Origin: a virus
IMG/VR virus record: IMGVR_UViG_3300038701_001110
Coordinates: 1 to 63,042 of that record
Reading direction: 5' to 3' (one strand)
Length of the DNA: 63,042 nucleotides
Of this stretch, positions 22,412 through 32,619 are shown in pieces. The notes below the pieces were generated by a model that saw only the letters and a program-made list of their open reading frames with translations, did no database searches and was not told the DNA's origin. Both the position numbers and the translations under genes were made by a program. Positions within the stretch are counted from its first letter, which is position 1, and each line of letters opens with the position of its first letter.

Positions 22412-25294
22412 ATGAATACGGGCGATTTTCTTGCGCTTGTTCTTGGGGAGGGTCCGTACTACTGCGCGTTCGGTGCGCGGGCGGAGACCAAGAAGCGCGT
22501 TCAAAAGTTCTACACCTCTCACGATGACCTGACACATGCCGTTGAGCGTATGGACGACAACGGCCTTGACGCATACTTCGCTCTGGCCACCTTTCGCACG
22601 GGCGAAACCCGAGAAGCCACCAACGCCGAAAGCATGAAGGCGTTCTTCCTCGACCTCGACTGCGGGGAGGGGAAAGAGTTCGCAAGCCAGCGCGATGCTA
22701 TCGCGGCGCTACGTGTGTTTGTGAAGACCGTCGGTCTTCCGACACCGATCCTTGTCAGCAGCGGGCGCGGCATCCACGTCTACTGGCCGCTCGAGGAGCA
22801 GGTGCCTGTCGCGGAGTGGCTTCCCATCGCTCAGAAGCTGAAGCGCGCCTGCGCCGAGCACGAGCTTGCCGCTGACCCTGCTGTAACTGCAGACGTTGCA
22901 CGGATCCTGCGCCTTCCCGGGACCCACAACCACAAGGATGACCCCGCGTCCCCCGTCGTCGTCATGGGCACGGCCAAGGGGTATGATACTACAAGTCTTG
23001 ATCGCATGGCCGAGCTGCTGGCCAGCTACAAAGCACCTAGCCTGCCGGCGGTTTCGGCGTCGTTGTTCGGGGGCGCGGTGGTTGGCGGGAGTGCCCGCTC
23101 TGACCCTACGATGCAGCGCCTGCTCGGGAACAGCGAGTCTGTGTTCAAGACGATCATCCAGAAAAGCAGCAGGGGTAAGGGATGTGCCCAGATTATGGAG
23201 GCTGTGAACAACCAAGCGGAGACCAGAGAACCAGTCTGGAGGGCGGTTCTCTCCATCGCACAGTTCTGCTCTGACCGGGACAAGGCGATCCACTTGGTCT
23301 CTAAGAAGCACCCGGAGTACAACCCAGACCTCACCGAGCAGAAGGCATCTCAGGCTAAGGGGCCGTACACCTGCGTCAAGTTCGATGAGCTTAATCCCGG
23401 CATCTGTGGTGAGTGCGCGCTACGGGGGAGGTTCAATTCACCGATTGTGCTAGGGAACAGGGTGATCGCGGCCACAGAGGAAGACAACACTGTTATCGTT
23501 GAAGCTTCCGACCCTGATGAGCCCGAGAGCGCGGCGGTGTACAGCATACCGGCCTACCCGGAACCCTATTTCAGGGGACGGCACGGGGGCATATATGTGC
23601 AGATGCGGGATGACGACGGTGACCCCATGGACATCAACATATACCCGCACGATTTCTATTACGTCAGGCGGATGTTTGACGAAGAGAAGGGCGAGTCGAT
23701 GCTTGCCCGAGCGCACCTGCCGAATGACGGGGTGCGGGAGTTCATCGTTCCTTTGGTGGAGGCTACGTCAAAGGATGAACTCAGAAAGTGCCTCGCTACG
23801 CGGGGCATCAGCGTTGGATACAAGGAGTGGGATAAGATCATGGCATACACACAAGCATGGACAGACAAGCTGCAGGCCGAGAGCGCTGCAGACATCTCGA
23901 AGCGCCAGTTCGGCTGGGCCACTGACGCGATGGAGTCTTTCGTTGTCGGAGACCGAGAAATCTTCGCAGACCACGTCGCCTACAACCCTCCCTCGGCAAG
24001 CACGGCTGGCTACTTCCCGGCGTTCGAGCCGACCGGCACGTTGGAGGGGTGGGTCCAGCAAGCCGACTTCTACAATCGGCCCGGTCTTGAGCCTTGGCAG
24101 TTCATCATTTGCCTGTCTCTCGGGTCCCCTCTGATGCGCATGACGCAGCACCATGCGGCGCTGTTTCACATGTTCAGCGACGACACCGGCTTCGGGAAAA
24201 CCACGACACAGAACGTCGCCCTTGCAGCGTTCGGTAACCCAGACCTGCTCCGGCTCAGCCTCGACGACACCCTCAATTCGCAGATGAACCGCTACGAACT
24301 CTACAAGGACTTGCCTGCTCAGCTCGATGAGGCGACAAACATGACCCCTGAGGATGCCTCGAAGCTCGTCTATGGTCTGACCATGGGCCGCCAGAAGGCT
24401 CGGATGAGCCAAGGTTCAAACGCGGAGCGGCGCCGCGGGGACCCGTGGCATCTCACCTTGGGCATTTCTTCCAACAGCAGCCTGCTGTCTAAGATCATGT
24501 CGTACAAGGCGGCACCGAAAGCGGAGATGGCCCGACTGCTCGAGTTCCACGCCTACCGACACAACTTCAAAAGCAAGCGCGAGACTGACGATTTCGCATA
24601 CGGTGTCGGGGATCACTATGGGCACGCGGTTGTACCGCTCATCCAATACATCCTTCAGAACAAAGAGACGGTGCGCACCGTGCTGGAGACCCTACAGGAG
24701 CGCGTTGACAAGGCCGCCGGACTGACCATGCAGGAGCGTTTCTGGTCCAACACTGCAGCCATCGGCCTGACAGCGCTGACCATCGCCCGGGAGGTGGGCC
24801 TTCTTAGCTACAACCCGAAGGCCATGTTCGACTGGGTCGTTGAGATGATCGAGAAGAACAAGTTCAACCGCGCAGAGAGAACCGTTGACTGTCAGACCCT
24901 GATCACCGACTTCGTTGCCGAGAACTACGGCAGCATCCTGTGGATCAAGAGCACCGAGGACCGCCGGGGTGAGAACATGACACATGGCGAGGGTCTGGAC
25001 AGTCTTGTTGTGCCGGACCAGCAACCCAGAGTGAAGTTCGTGGCACGTTACGAGACTGACCTGAACCGGCTCTACATCCTGCCGAAACCCCTGAGGACGT
25101 GGTGCTCAAAGCAAAGTCTCAACTCCGACTCCCTGATCAAAGATCTGGAACAGAAGATGGACGGGAAGCGCAAGAAGATCCGCATGGGCAAAGGGACAAA
25201 GTTCAACATGCCGCCAGTGACTGTCATCTCCATCGACTGCTCTGGGCTCGATCTTTACGAGGGCGACGGAGAAGATGGCGGTTCTTCAGATTGA
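22412..25294 (+). CDS. AEP-type primase-polymerase fused to SF3-like helicase/NTPase, 960 aa
   Basis: AEP motifs FLDLDC, SGRGIHVYW and LRLPGTHNHK; C-terminal Walker A TGFGKTT and Walker B-like QLDE. GAGGAGA RBS before ATG 22412. Confidence 0.8.
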   Translation: MNTGDFLALVLGEGPYYCAFGARAETKKRVQKFYTSHDDLTHAVERMDDNGLDAYFALATFRTGETREATNAESMKAFFLDLDCGEGKEFASQRDAIAALRVFVKTVGLPTPILVSSGRGIHVYWPLEEQVPVAEWLPIAQKLKRACAEHELAADPAVTADVARILRLPGTHNHKDDPASPVVVMGTAKGYDTTSLDRMAELLASYKAPSLPAVSASLFGGAVVGGSARSDPTMQRLLGNSESVFKTIIQKSSRGKGCAQIMEAVNNQAETREPVWRAVLSIAQFCSDRDKAIHLVSKKHPEYNPDLTEQKASQAKGPYTCVKFDELNPGICGECALRGRFNSPIVLGNRVIAATEEDNTVIVEASDPDEPESAAVYSIPAYPEPYFRGRHGGIYVQMRDDDGDPMDINIYPHDFYYVRRMFDEEKGESMLARAHLPNDGVREFIVPLVEATSKDELRKCLATRGISVGYKEWDKIMAYTQAWTDKLQAESAADISKRQFGWATDAMESFVVGDREIFADHVAYNPPSASTAGYFPAFEPTGTLEGWVQQADFYNRPGLEPWQFIICLSLGSPLMRMTQHHAALFHMFSDDTGFGKTTTQNVALAAFGNPDLLRLSLDDTLNSQMNRYELYKDLPAQLDEATNMTPEDASKLVYGLTMGRQKARMSQGSNAERRRGDPWHLTLGISSNSSLLSKIMSYKAAPKAEMARLLEFHAYRHNFKSKRETDDFAYGVGDHYGHAVVPLIQYILQNKETVRTVLETLQERVDKAAGLTMQERFWSNTAAIGLTALTIAREVGLLSYNPKAMFDWVVEMIEKNKFNRAERTVDCQTLITDFVAENYGSILWIKSTEDRRGENMTHGEGLDSLVVPDQQPRVKFVARYETDLNRLYILPKPLRTWCSKQSLNSDSLIKDLEQKMDGKRKKIRMGKGTKFNMPPVTVISIDCSGLDLYEGDGEDGGSSD

Positions 25295-25496
25295 CAACCT
25301 CGACCCGGACGGCGCTCAGATCGTCGTTCTGTGGGACAACATGCGTGTGGGGGACTCAGTCTTCATCCCCTGCATCAACACAACGGCAGCGGTCAGGCAG
25401 GTCCGAGGTGTGTTCGAGAGGCGACAGTGGGAGTTTGAAAGTAGGGTGCGGATAGAAAACAACATTTGGGGTATTCGCATCTGGCGATCCGCATGA
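25275..25496 (+). CDS. Hypothetical protein, 73 aa
   Basis: GGAG RBS, a 20-nt overlap with the primase gene, and the last gene of the + arm. Confidence 0.65.
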   Translation: MAVLQIDNLDPDGAQIVVLWDNMRVGDSVFIPCINTTAAVRQVRGVFERRQWEFESRVRIENNIWGIRIWRSA

Positions 25497-25552
25497 TATA
25501 GTCATCACTGCGGCGAGCCCTCCCCTCGTCGCTTAATCTCCTTTGTGTGGGA

Positions 25553-25585
25553 AGCCCCCGAGTTCGCTCGGGGGCTTTTCCTTTA
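25553..25585 (+). terminator. Terminator at the convergence point of the two arms
   Basis: AGCCCCCGAG-TTCG-CTCGGGGGCT followed by TTTCCTTT. The U-tract exists only in the + direction. It abuts the stop of the 1922-aa minus-strand gene. Confidence 0.75.
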
Positions 25586-28500
25586 CGGGACTCCCCACTC
25601 GCCAAGCACCTGTCGAATGTAGCGCTCGTTTGTGGCGCTGAAGAGAACACCGTGGTGCATACGCTGCGTGGTGCGTTCGTGCGAAGACAGGGAGTTGGAG
25701 ATCGTCTCCGGCCCGATAAAGGCGTCACGGTTCCCCCGCTGCAGCTGCTCTCTGTTGAACTGCCTGATGTCTCGCAGGGTCTCCCGGAACCCGGCCCTGT
25801 CACCTTGCCGCCGCGCCGTGTAGAGCTCGCGAAGAAGACGGACGCGCCTTGCGGAGATGGCTTGGTCGATGCGACGGCCGACGTTGTTCTGCTCGAGCTG
25901 CAGCAGGTAGTCGGACGGCATGAAGCCGAACGCTTGGGCAATGGCGCTGTATGGAGTCACGTCGCCGACAATTGGATCCCCGCGCAGCGTGTTGATACCG
26001 TCCGTATAGTAACGGACGCCCCGGAAAATGTTGCCGAATGAAGTGGGCAGTGCGGCCTCAATGGCACGCTCGTAGTCACCCTCTGCGATCAGGCTCGGGA
26101 CGCGGTCGGTAGCCTTAAGAAGCAGACCCAGCACGGGACCACCGAGCGCCTCCACCTGCTGGAACAACCACGGGGCGTCTCGGTTGAAGGATTCCCGATA
26201 GAAAGAGCCGGACAGACCGATGCGGCTGGCAACGTCCACGCCGAACGCGTAGTTCAGGATGCCGTTGTATCCGAGCTCACCGATCCCGGTGCGCACTAGG
26301 GTCTCGAAGTCCTCTTCGTCGTCCGCAGCGAACAGGTTGTACATCGCAGCCATAGTTGCGAACAGCGGCACCCCTTGGGCCCCGCTGAACAGGGCGAAGC
26401 TCCCCATGATACTCGCGAACTGCATACGTGCGATGCGGATGTCAGACATCTTCGCCTCGTAGTCCGGGTCGGACTTGGGAGGAGCTTGGAAGATCTTCGA
26501 GCGCCGCAGCGTCTGAGCCAGCATGTTGAACATGGCCAACGGGTGCCGCTTGTAGAGGTAGATCAGGCGCGTGAAGCCATGTTGGGCGAGCAGCGGAGCC
26601 CCGGTCGACGTCACCGACCCGTTGGTGAGTTCCGAGATATACGTCGCCTCTCTGGCCGCGGATTGCAGCTGCTCCTCGTTGAGTCGGTTCACATCGTTGT
26701 GGCCCGCCTCTTTCGCAATCTTCTGAGCTTCCAGCTGGAACGCGGAAATGGCCGTCACTTGCCGAGCCATGTTTTCCGTCAGGTGCTGGAATATACCAGA
26801 CTTGGCAAACAGGGTTTGCATCGCCCCGATGGCACCCTTGGCGTCGAGCAGTTCGTTCGTGTACGACTGCTGGAACATGTTCTGCTGACGCATCTCCTCC
26901 TGCAGATACCGCATGTAACGGATGTTCGCGTTCTTCGGATCGCCGAAGTCGTAGTTCTCGAGGGAGTAGTCGAACACCTCTCCCCGCTCCTGACCTTCAA
27001 CAAGTTTCCCACTCTCGTCGAACATCGGCACGTTGCGGGTTTTCCCACTGCCGAAGAGGACGCGGTGAGCGTTCCCCATGGAGCGCACCACCTTGCCCAT
27101 CCCGCCGTACTGGGAAGCGAGGTAGGGTGCCGCCACAATCGGCAGGTTGGCCAGAGACAGGATCGCCGACGAGATGTTGAGGCCCAGCGTCATTGCGTAT
27201 GTCATGCCGGTGGCACCGGTGGAGAGCGGACCGTAGCGCCGCTTGGCGGCGTCGATGTATTCGTCGAGCAGGTTCTTATACATACGCACGATGCTGGAAT
27301 CACGCGACGCCTCCTGCCACCCCTTCGACAGGTTCCGGTTCGTATAAGTGTCTGTGTACTCTTGCGATTGTCGCTTGAGCTGTTCCTCTTGAACGGAGTA
27401 CTCCATGGCCGCGAGGCTACGAGCACTGTCGTAACCCTTGGTTTGAAGCATGTGGATGGTGTCTTTTCTGGTCAGCCCTGCCGTTCCCGGGGCGATGTCC
27501 CCGAGGAAACCCCGGACGCCGGTGTACATACCATCTTCGCGAGCTTTCTTGCGAGCGCGGTAGGCTTGAACAAACGAGCGCTCCGGGGACGCATCAAAGA
27601 TGAGGTCTGTCAGTTTCTGCTCAAGTTCCGGGGTCATTTGACCAGAAGACTTGACCGTTACAAGAACGTCTGCGGCGAACTGCAGGGGGACCTTTTGTGC
27701 CCCCCTCGAGGACCGAGAATTGTAGCTGTCGAACTGCGATATTTGCACACCGTCTTCGTCACGGATACGCTCGAGTTCAGTTATACGAGCCTGACGATCA
27801 GACTCCGACGCGAAGGATTCCTTGTAGCGTTCCACTTCCCCGAGAAAGGGGTCTTTCGCTGTGTAGGCGATCCAGTACGACCCGTTACGTTGCAAGGGTT
27901 GATAGCCGTCAGTGATCTGGCCGGCGAGGATTTTCTCGTGGATCCTGTCAAATACCGAACGGCGGACAGTGGCGTCCTGTTCCGACAACAGCGCGTCGAT
28001 ACGCGCCTTGAGTGCCTTGCTGGTGGCAATGTGCATATCTTCAAACATGCCGAGTGCGCGAGCGTAGGCGGCTTTACCGTCGGCCCCGAGGCTTTCATAC
28101 ATGGGCTTCAGTCGACGGTACATGTCTACCGTGAACTGATCTGGTGCTGGTTCCCGGCGAGCCTTTGAGGCGGTGTTCCCACGGCGACGTTCATGGAGCT
28201 CCATGGCTACTGTGCGGTCAGACTCGGTGTCGAACGCTTTCCGCACGCGACGCTTTATGGTCCCGTCGGCGTTTAGCTCGTCGTAGTAGAATCGCCACTT
28301 GGAGTAGTAGGATTCCGGCTTGCGCAGGTCGATCTGAAACAGCGTTCCGAGTAGACGTACGTCATTGAACGTGTTCAGCTTATCAGGGGCACCTTTCAAG
28401 AACGCCGAGATCTGGTTCACCGTCCGGCGGACCAAGCCAAGAAGTTCCTTCTCTCTGTTCTGTCTCCCTTTGATCACGCTGTCGTAGGCATCCACCATCT

Positions 28501-31351
28501 CCGGGGGGAGATAGTCCTTGGCGAGATCCATGAGGTTCCGCATCGGCACGGCCGTGCGCAGCAGATACTCCTTGCTGCGGTCAGGGATAACCCTGCTCGC
28601 GATGGCGTCTCGAATTTTGCCGATGTCCGCCTGCGTCGGTGCCCGCACCTTCCCCTTCATCGAACTTAGCGCCTGCCGGGCACGGTTCGGTGCAAAAGAC
28701 GTGTCGTATAGATTCCCAGTGCCCCGGCTCTGAACGTCCGGTGATAGCAGCGCTTGGAAGATCTCGTCGGCTGCGTCAAGAGCTCTCGTGTTGTCCCGAG
28801 TCTGCAGGCCGACCATGGCCCGCATTTTGTTCATCATCGCACGCTGGAAGCTGCGCAGGGCGGTGACCTCGGAGCCGTCGATGTTTATCTGCGCGAGCTG
28901 CACGCGGAACTCTTGGTTTGTCAGCGCCTCAGCGACGAACTCCTCCGGGTTCTGCATGGCGTACTGGCTGATCGGTGTGTCCCCGAGCTTCTCCATGAGC
29001 GCAACCACGCGTCGCGTGAGCGGGTCTGACGGGTTCCGTAGGATCTTCGACGTGGCCGCGTGCACCATCTCGTGCATCAGCGTGCCGACAGTCATACCAG
29101 TTTCCGCGTTCAGATAGATGCGGTTGTTGGTGAACGCACCGGGGCGGACCTGCCCGTTGGGGTCAGTGAGCGGGGCCATGTTGTCTACGGTTGGGTCAAG
29201 CACTTCCACCGTAACCCCTTCCGTGAAAGGAGCGAGGGCTTTAGCGAGACGAGCGATCTGACGAACCGACCCCTTACCCTTGCGAGCGGCAATGGTATCG
29301 AGGGCGCCTCGAAGATTACCAGCAAGCACCTGAGACCGAATGTCCCCCGGGGCGGTGTTGTCGATACCAGACTCCCGCACGGGTGCGGGCTTGGCGACGT
29401 CGGGTTCTGGCGTGACGGTGATCTCGGCGGCGTCGATGGCTGCCTGAAGCTTGGCTTGCGCCACCACCTCGTCGATAGACGCGGCGTTCGTAAACGGGTT
29501 GTCGCTCCGTTGGAACACCGGCTCGATGGCATCCCACTGAGCTTTAGATAGGTTGCCTAGCCAATCGGCGTAGTTTGCCACCCCTTCCAGATTTGGGTTG
29601 TCTCGCATCTCCGCGGTGCGTTTTGGACTATACGCTCGCTGGAACGTCTGGCGAGGAGTGCTTGGACCCCCGCCGTCCCTGATAATCTGGTCGGCAACGT
29701 CTTCTTCCGGCGCAGCTTGGGCTTCCGGCGCAGCTTGGGCTTCCGGCGCAGCTTGGGCTTCCGGCGCAGCTTGGGCCTCCGGCGCAGCTTGGTCTTCCGG
29801 CGCAGTTTGGGCTTCCGGCGCAGCTTGGGCTTCCGGCGCAGCTTGGGCTTCCGGCGCAGCTTGGGCTTCCGGCGCAGCGGGGGTTTCCGGCGCAGCTTGG
29901 GCAACAGGCTGGAGCAACGATCCCAAAGCCTGACGAAGTTCCGGTCGCTTGGTTCTTGAAGCGAGGCTTCGCGCTGCCTCTATGACGGCATCGGGGGTCG
30001 CCGTTCCGGACGACGCCAACCTGTACAAAGCGGTACTCCTCGGGAGGATGCGGCTCGGGATAGCATCCAGCGCTTCAAGGCTGATCGGCGCTGGAGCCCG
30101 GACCTGCTCCTGTGGAGCGGCTGGCTCTGCATTTTCGGTCGCTCGCGCCCCCGGCACGCTTGACGTGGGTTGTCCACGGACGGGGCCCGGGACTTGAATC
30201 ACTGGCGGCGTTTGTGCCTGTGCAGCGGTACGCTGCGTAACCGTTTCCGGCGAAGGCAGGGCGCGCGGGGGAGCGGGCAAAGCTTGTCGAGTTCTGGCAA
30301 GCTCGGCCTCAGAGGGTGCAGGCAGGGCGGCAGGGCGCACAGGAGCGGGTATGCCAACGCGCCCAGCGGCCGTCTCCTCTCGGCTTGGGGCGGGAAGGGC
30401 CAACGGCTCAGGCGCGACCTCGTCCTCCTGTTGTGCCGGACGGGAGACAGCACCACCAACGCCACCGAGACCGCCACCGAGCACAGCTGCGCCGACAGCG
30501 GCATCCATGTATTCCTGCAGCGCCTCGTCGTCGTCCAGCGGCAACCCCGCTTGCCAACGCTCAATGACCTGCTGTCCAACCTCTGTCGGGACTTCCACGG
30601 CCGCACCGCGACCGGCACCGGCAACCGTGCGAGTGAAGATGTTACGCCCTGCGGGGGCAACAAACCCTAGCGCTCTAAGCGGGAGTAGCAGTTTGTTCAT
30701 AACGGAGTCTAAGGCGCCCTGAGCCATTGCCCCGAGAAGAACTTCGGCGTCGCTGCGGTCCCCACCTTCCTCGTCGCGACGGGCAACGCCAGTGCCGTAG
30801 AATAACGGAGTGACAGTGGCAGCGCCACCAGCAAGCGCGCCGGCTAGCCCACCTGCGGGGCCCCCAACGGCGGTACCAGCAAGCCCACCAGCAAGAGACC
30901 CAGCGAGGCTCGCCGCCATCTCCGGTCCGGATTGTCCAGCCATCTCACCTGCGTAGGTCAGAAAGTCTCCGACACCTTCCACGTCGCGCCAGTTTGTCGG
31001 CGCTGGCATGTGGGCGGCTTCGGCGATCTGCTCTTCTCGAGCGCCCCCGACCATCCCGGCCCCAAGGTTTTCGAGCCAGTCTGCACCGATGTTCTGCCCG
31101 AGGTTCTCAGCAGCGCTACCGAGTGCGCTGTAGGATGACGTCAAGCCGCGATCCCAGCCGCGACCGAACGCCGTCCCGTCGTCCCAAGGAGTTTCCCCGC
31201 GGCTTTCCTCCCAAGCTTGTTGGAATTCAGCCTCCCGCTGCATGAGCATTGCTTGGGCTCGCGCAGCCTCACTGGCCGTTGGGGTATCTCCGTCTATCTC
31301 TACAGTATAGGTGCGACCGCTAAAGCCACCCTGAACCTGAATAGTGCCCAT
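25583..31351 (-). CDS. Very large virion (probably internal/ejected) protein with an HExxH motif and a PEAQAA repeat tract, 1922 aa
   Basis: Last gene of the late operon. HEMVH is encoded at 29060-29074. It has an N-terminal Gly/Ala-rich segment and a Pro/Ala-rich low-complexity region. Confidence 0.8.
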   Translation of the reverse strand: MGTIQVQGGFSGRTYTVEIDGDTPTASEAARAQAMLMQREAEFQQAWEESRGETPWDDGTAFGRGWDRGLTSSYSALGSAAENLGQNIGADWLENLGAGMVGGAREEQIAEAAHMPAPTNWRDVEGVGDFLTYAGEMAGQSGPEMAASLAGSLAGGLAGTAVGGPAGGLAGALAGGAATVTPLFYGTGVARRDEEGGDRSDAEVLLGAMAQGALDSVMNKLLLPLRALGFVAPAGRNIFTRTVAGAGRGAAVEVPTEVGQQVIERWQAGLPLDDDEALQEYMDAAVGAAVLGGGLGGVGGAVSRPAQQEDEVAPEPLALPAPSREETAAGRVGIPAPVRPAALPAPSEAELARTRQALPAPPRALPSPETVTQRTAAQAQTPPVIQVPGPVRGQPTSSVPGARATENAEPAAPQEQVRAPAPISLEALDAIPSRILPRSTALYRLASSGTATPDAVIEAARSLASRTKRPELRQALGSLLQPVAQAAPETPAAPEAQAAPEAQAAPEAQAAPEAQTAPEDQAAPEAQAAPEAQAAPEAQAAPEAQAAPEEDVADQIIRDGGGPSTPRQTFQRAYSPKRTAEMRDNPNLEGVANYADWLGNLSKAQWDAIEPVFQRSDNPFTNAASIDEVVAQAKLQAAIDAAEITVTPEPDVAKPAPVRESGIDNTAPGDIRSQVLAGNLRGALDTIAARKGKGSVRQIARLAKALAPFTEGVTVEVLDPTVDNMAPLTDPNGQVRPGAFTNNRIYLNAETGMTVGTLMHEMVHAATSKILRNPSDPLTRRVVALMEKLGDTPISQYAMQNPEEFVAEALTNQEFRVQLAQINIDGSEVTALRSFQRAMMNKMRAMVGLQTRDNTRALDAADEIFQALLSPDVQSRGTGNLYDTSFAPNRARQALSSMKGKVRAPTQADIGKIRDAIASRVIPDRSKEYLLRTAVPMRNLMDLAKDYLPPEMVDAYDSVIKGRQNREKELLGLVRRTVNQISAFLKGAPDKLNTFNDVRLLGTLFQIDLRKPESYYSKWRFYYDELNADGTIKRRVRKAFDTESDRTVAMELHERRRGNTASKARREPAPDQFTVDMYRRLKPMYESLGADGKAAYARALGMFEDMHIATSKALKARIDALLSEQDATVRRSVFDRIHEKILAGQITDGYQPLQRNGSYWIAYTAKDPFLGEVERYKESFASESDRQARITELERIRDEDGVQISQFDSYNSRSSRGAQKVPLQFAADVLVTVKSSGQMTPELEQKLTDLIFDASPERSFVQAYRARKKAREDGMYTGVRGFLGDIAPGTAGLTRKDTIHMLQTKGYDSARSLAAMEYSVQEEQLKRQSQEYTDTYTNRNLSKGWQEASRDSSIVRMYKNLLDEYIDAAKRRYGPLSTGATGMTYAMTLGLNISSAILSLANLPIVAAPYLASQYGGMGKVVRSMGNAHRVLFGSGKTRNVPMFDESGKLVEGQERGEVFDYSLENYDFGDPKNANIRYMRYLQEEMRQQNMFQQSYTNELLDAKGAIGAMQTLFAKSGIFQHLTENMARQVTAISAFQLEAQKIAKEAGHNDVNRLNEEQLQSAAREATYISELTNGSVTSTGAPLLAQHGFTRLIYLYKRHPLAMFNMLAQTLRRSKIFQAPPKSDPDYEAKMSDIRIARMQFASIMGSFALFSGAQGVPLFATMAAMYNLFAADDEEDFETLVRTGIGELGYNGILNYAFGVDVASRIGLSGSFYRESFNRDAPWLFQQVEALGGPVLGLLLKATDRVPSLIAEGDYERAIEAALPTSFGNIFRGVRYYTDGINTLRGDPIVGDVTPYSAIAQAFGFMPSDYLLQLEQNNVGRRIDQAISARRVRLLRELYTARRQGDRAGFRETLRDIRQFNREQLQRGNRDAFIGPETISNSLSSHERTTQRMHHGVLFSATNERYIRQVLGEWGVP
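29705..29902 (-). repeat. 11 tandem 18-bp units (TTCCGGCGCAGCTTGGGC) encoding (AAPEAQ)n
   Basis: Read directly. A few units carry 1-3 substitutions. In frame within the 1922-aa ORF. Confidence 0.9.
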
Positions 31352-31362
31352 CTGCTATTCCC

Positions 31363-32619
31363 TTAGCTCGTGGCGGAATCTCTGGCGTCTATGAGGGTTT
31401 GGGTCAAAGTCTGTGTTGCCGGACCAAACCCAAACGTCATTCCCCCGGCCCCGATGGCTTGTTGAAGCGACGCTCGTGCATTTGCGACGTCTTGTTCCGC
31501 CTCGGCTATGGCGGTTCGAGGGGCGTTCGGGTCCAAGCTCAGATTTGTCAACCGCTCTTGCGCGCCATCCAGCTGAGCTTGCAACACACCGATATAGTTG
31601 TCCAGAGAAATGGGCGGTCGAGAGCTTCCAGCGCTGCGTGCCGCGAGCGTGCGCTCAGCCAGATCCCGCTCGAAGCGCTGCTGCTCCATACCCTGCATGT
31701 AGTCCAGCGCGTTCATGCCCGCCTCACCGATGGCACCGCCGAAGGTGGGCTGATCGGAGGACATGAGGCCGAGACCGAACCGGGCCAGAGTCAGCCAGCG
31801 ATCTTGCTGCGCAAGGCGGTCAGCGGCGGAGGGTCCACCGGCACCGCCGGTATCGTCTTCGGGCGCTTCCGGGGCTTCAGGGGCTTCCGGGACCGGGGGT
31901 TCGATGCCAGCGGCTGCAAGTTCCTCTTGACTTGGGAGCAGCTGTTGGTCCGGGGTTAGCATGTCGCCCCTTGTCGTGCCGGGGGCGGGTTGTAGGAACT
32001 GCCAAACCTGTGAAACGAACGGAGACTCAGGGTCGACCTGTTCCATTCGAGGTTCGATAATCTCACTTCCAAACCCGGGCGGTGTTGGCTCTTCGATATA
32101 GGTTGGCTCGAACTCACCGCTTTCGGATAGGGTCTCGAACGCCTCCTCCGGAGAAACGTCAAATCGTCTGGCCATGGCATCGACGAGATCTCGGTCTTCT
32201 TGGGAAATGGTGCCGAGTGTCGGTGGCTGCCAGTCCTCTTCTGCTTCTGTCGGAGCATAATCCCCGACATCTCGGCTGATCCCAGCGAGGCCGCCCGGCT
32301 GCATGCGTCGCACGGCTCCGCCACCGGCCATAGCCGCGACGCCGGTGTTCTGCGCCATGTCGGTCTGCGGAGCCATCGTGCGCGCCATCTGGGCGATGCC
32401 ACCTTGGGGGACACCGGCCGCAGCAACGGCATCCTCGGCGACGGTCGTCTGGGGGCGACCCTGATCTCCGGCAGCGGCAGCCTGCATGCGCTTGCGGCGC
32501 TGCATCTCCGACAGGACGAGGTACTGGGGCACATTCCCGCTCGGCATCTTCATCTCTTGGACGAGCTGCTGCTGTGAGAAGTCCTTGAGCTGCTCCTGCA
32601 GCTCGATCATGTTCATCAT
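31363..32619 (-). CDS. Virion protein, function unassigned, 418 aa
   Basis: AAGGGAA RBS, a position among the internal-protein genes, and an acidic, Pro-rich middle region. Confidence 0.8.
   Translation of the reverse strand: MMNMIELQEQLKDFSQQQLVQEMKMPSGNVPQYLVLSEMQRRKRMQAAAAGDQGRPQTTVAEDAVAAAGVPQGGIAQMARTMAPQTDMAQNTGVAAMAGGGAVRRMQPGGLAGISRDVGDYAPTEAEEDWQPPTLGTISQEDRDLVDAMARRFDVSPEEAFETLSESGEFEPTYIEEPTPPGFGSEIIEPRMEQVDPESPFVSQVWQFLQPAPGTTRGDMLTPDQQLLPSQEELAAAGIEPPVPEAPEAPEAPEDDTGGAGGPSAADRLAQQDRWLTLARFGLGLMSSDQPTFGGAIGEAGMNALDYMQGMEQQRFERDLAERTLAARSAGSSRPPISLDNYIGVLQAQLDGAQERLTNLSLDPNAPRTAIAEAEQDVANARASLQQAIGAGGMTFGFGPATQTLTQTLIDARDSATS

Noticed and set aside
21240-22685. 481-aa minus-strand ORF antisense to the HTH, SSB-like and primase genes. 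Similar antisense ORFs occur at 8738-9907, 5682-6356, 6815-7483, 26375-28168, 54154-54984 and 56016-57125.
   Set aside because: These are typical stop-poor antisense frames of GC-rich coding DNA, with R/G/P/A-rich translations and no RBS. Each fully overlaps a sense gene that has recognisable motifs.
25583-31351. Virion-packaged RNA polymerase (N4-like) hidden in the 1922-aa protein
   Set aside because: I could not find the single-subunit RNAP motifs (the DxxGR-type motif, the Rx3Kx7YG motif B, or the HD motif C) in the translation. The only clear catalytic-looking motif is HExxH.
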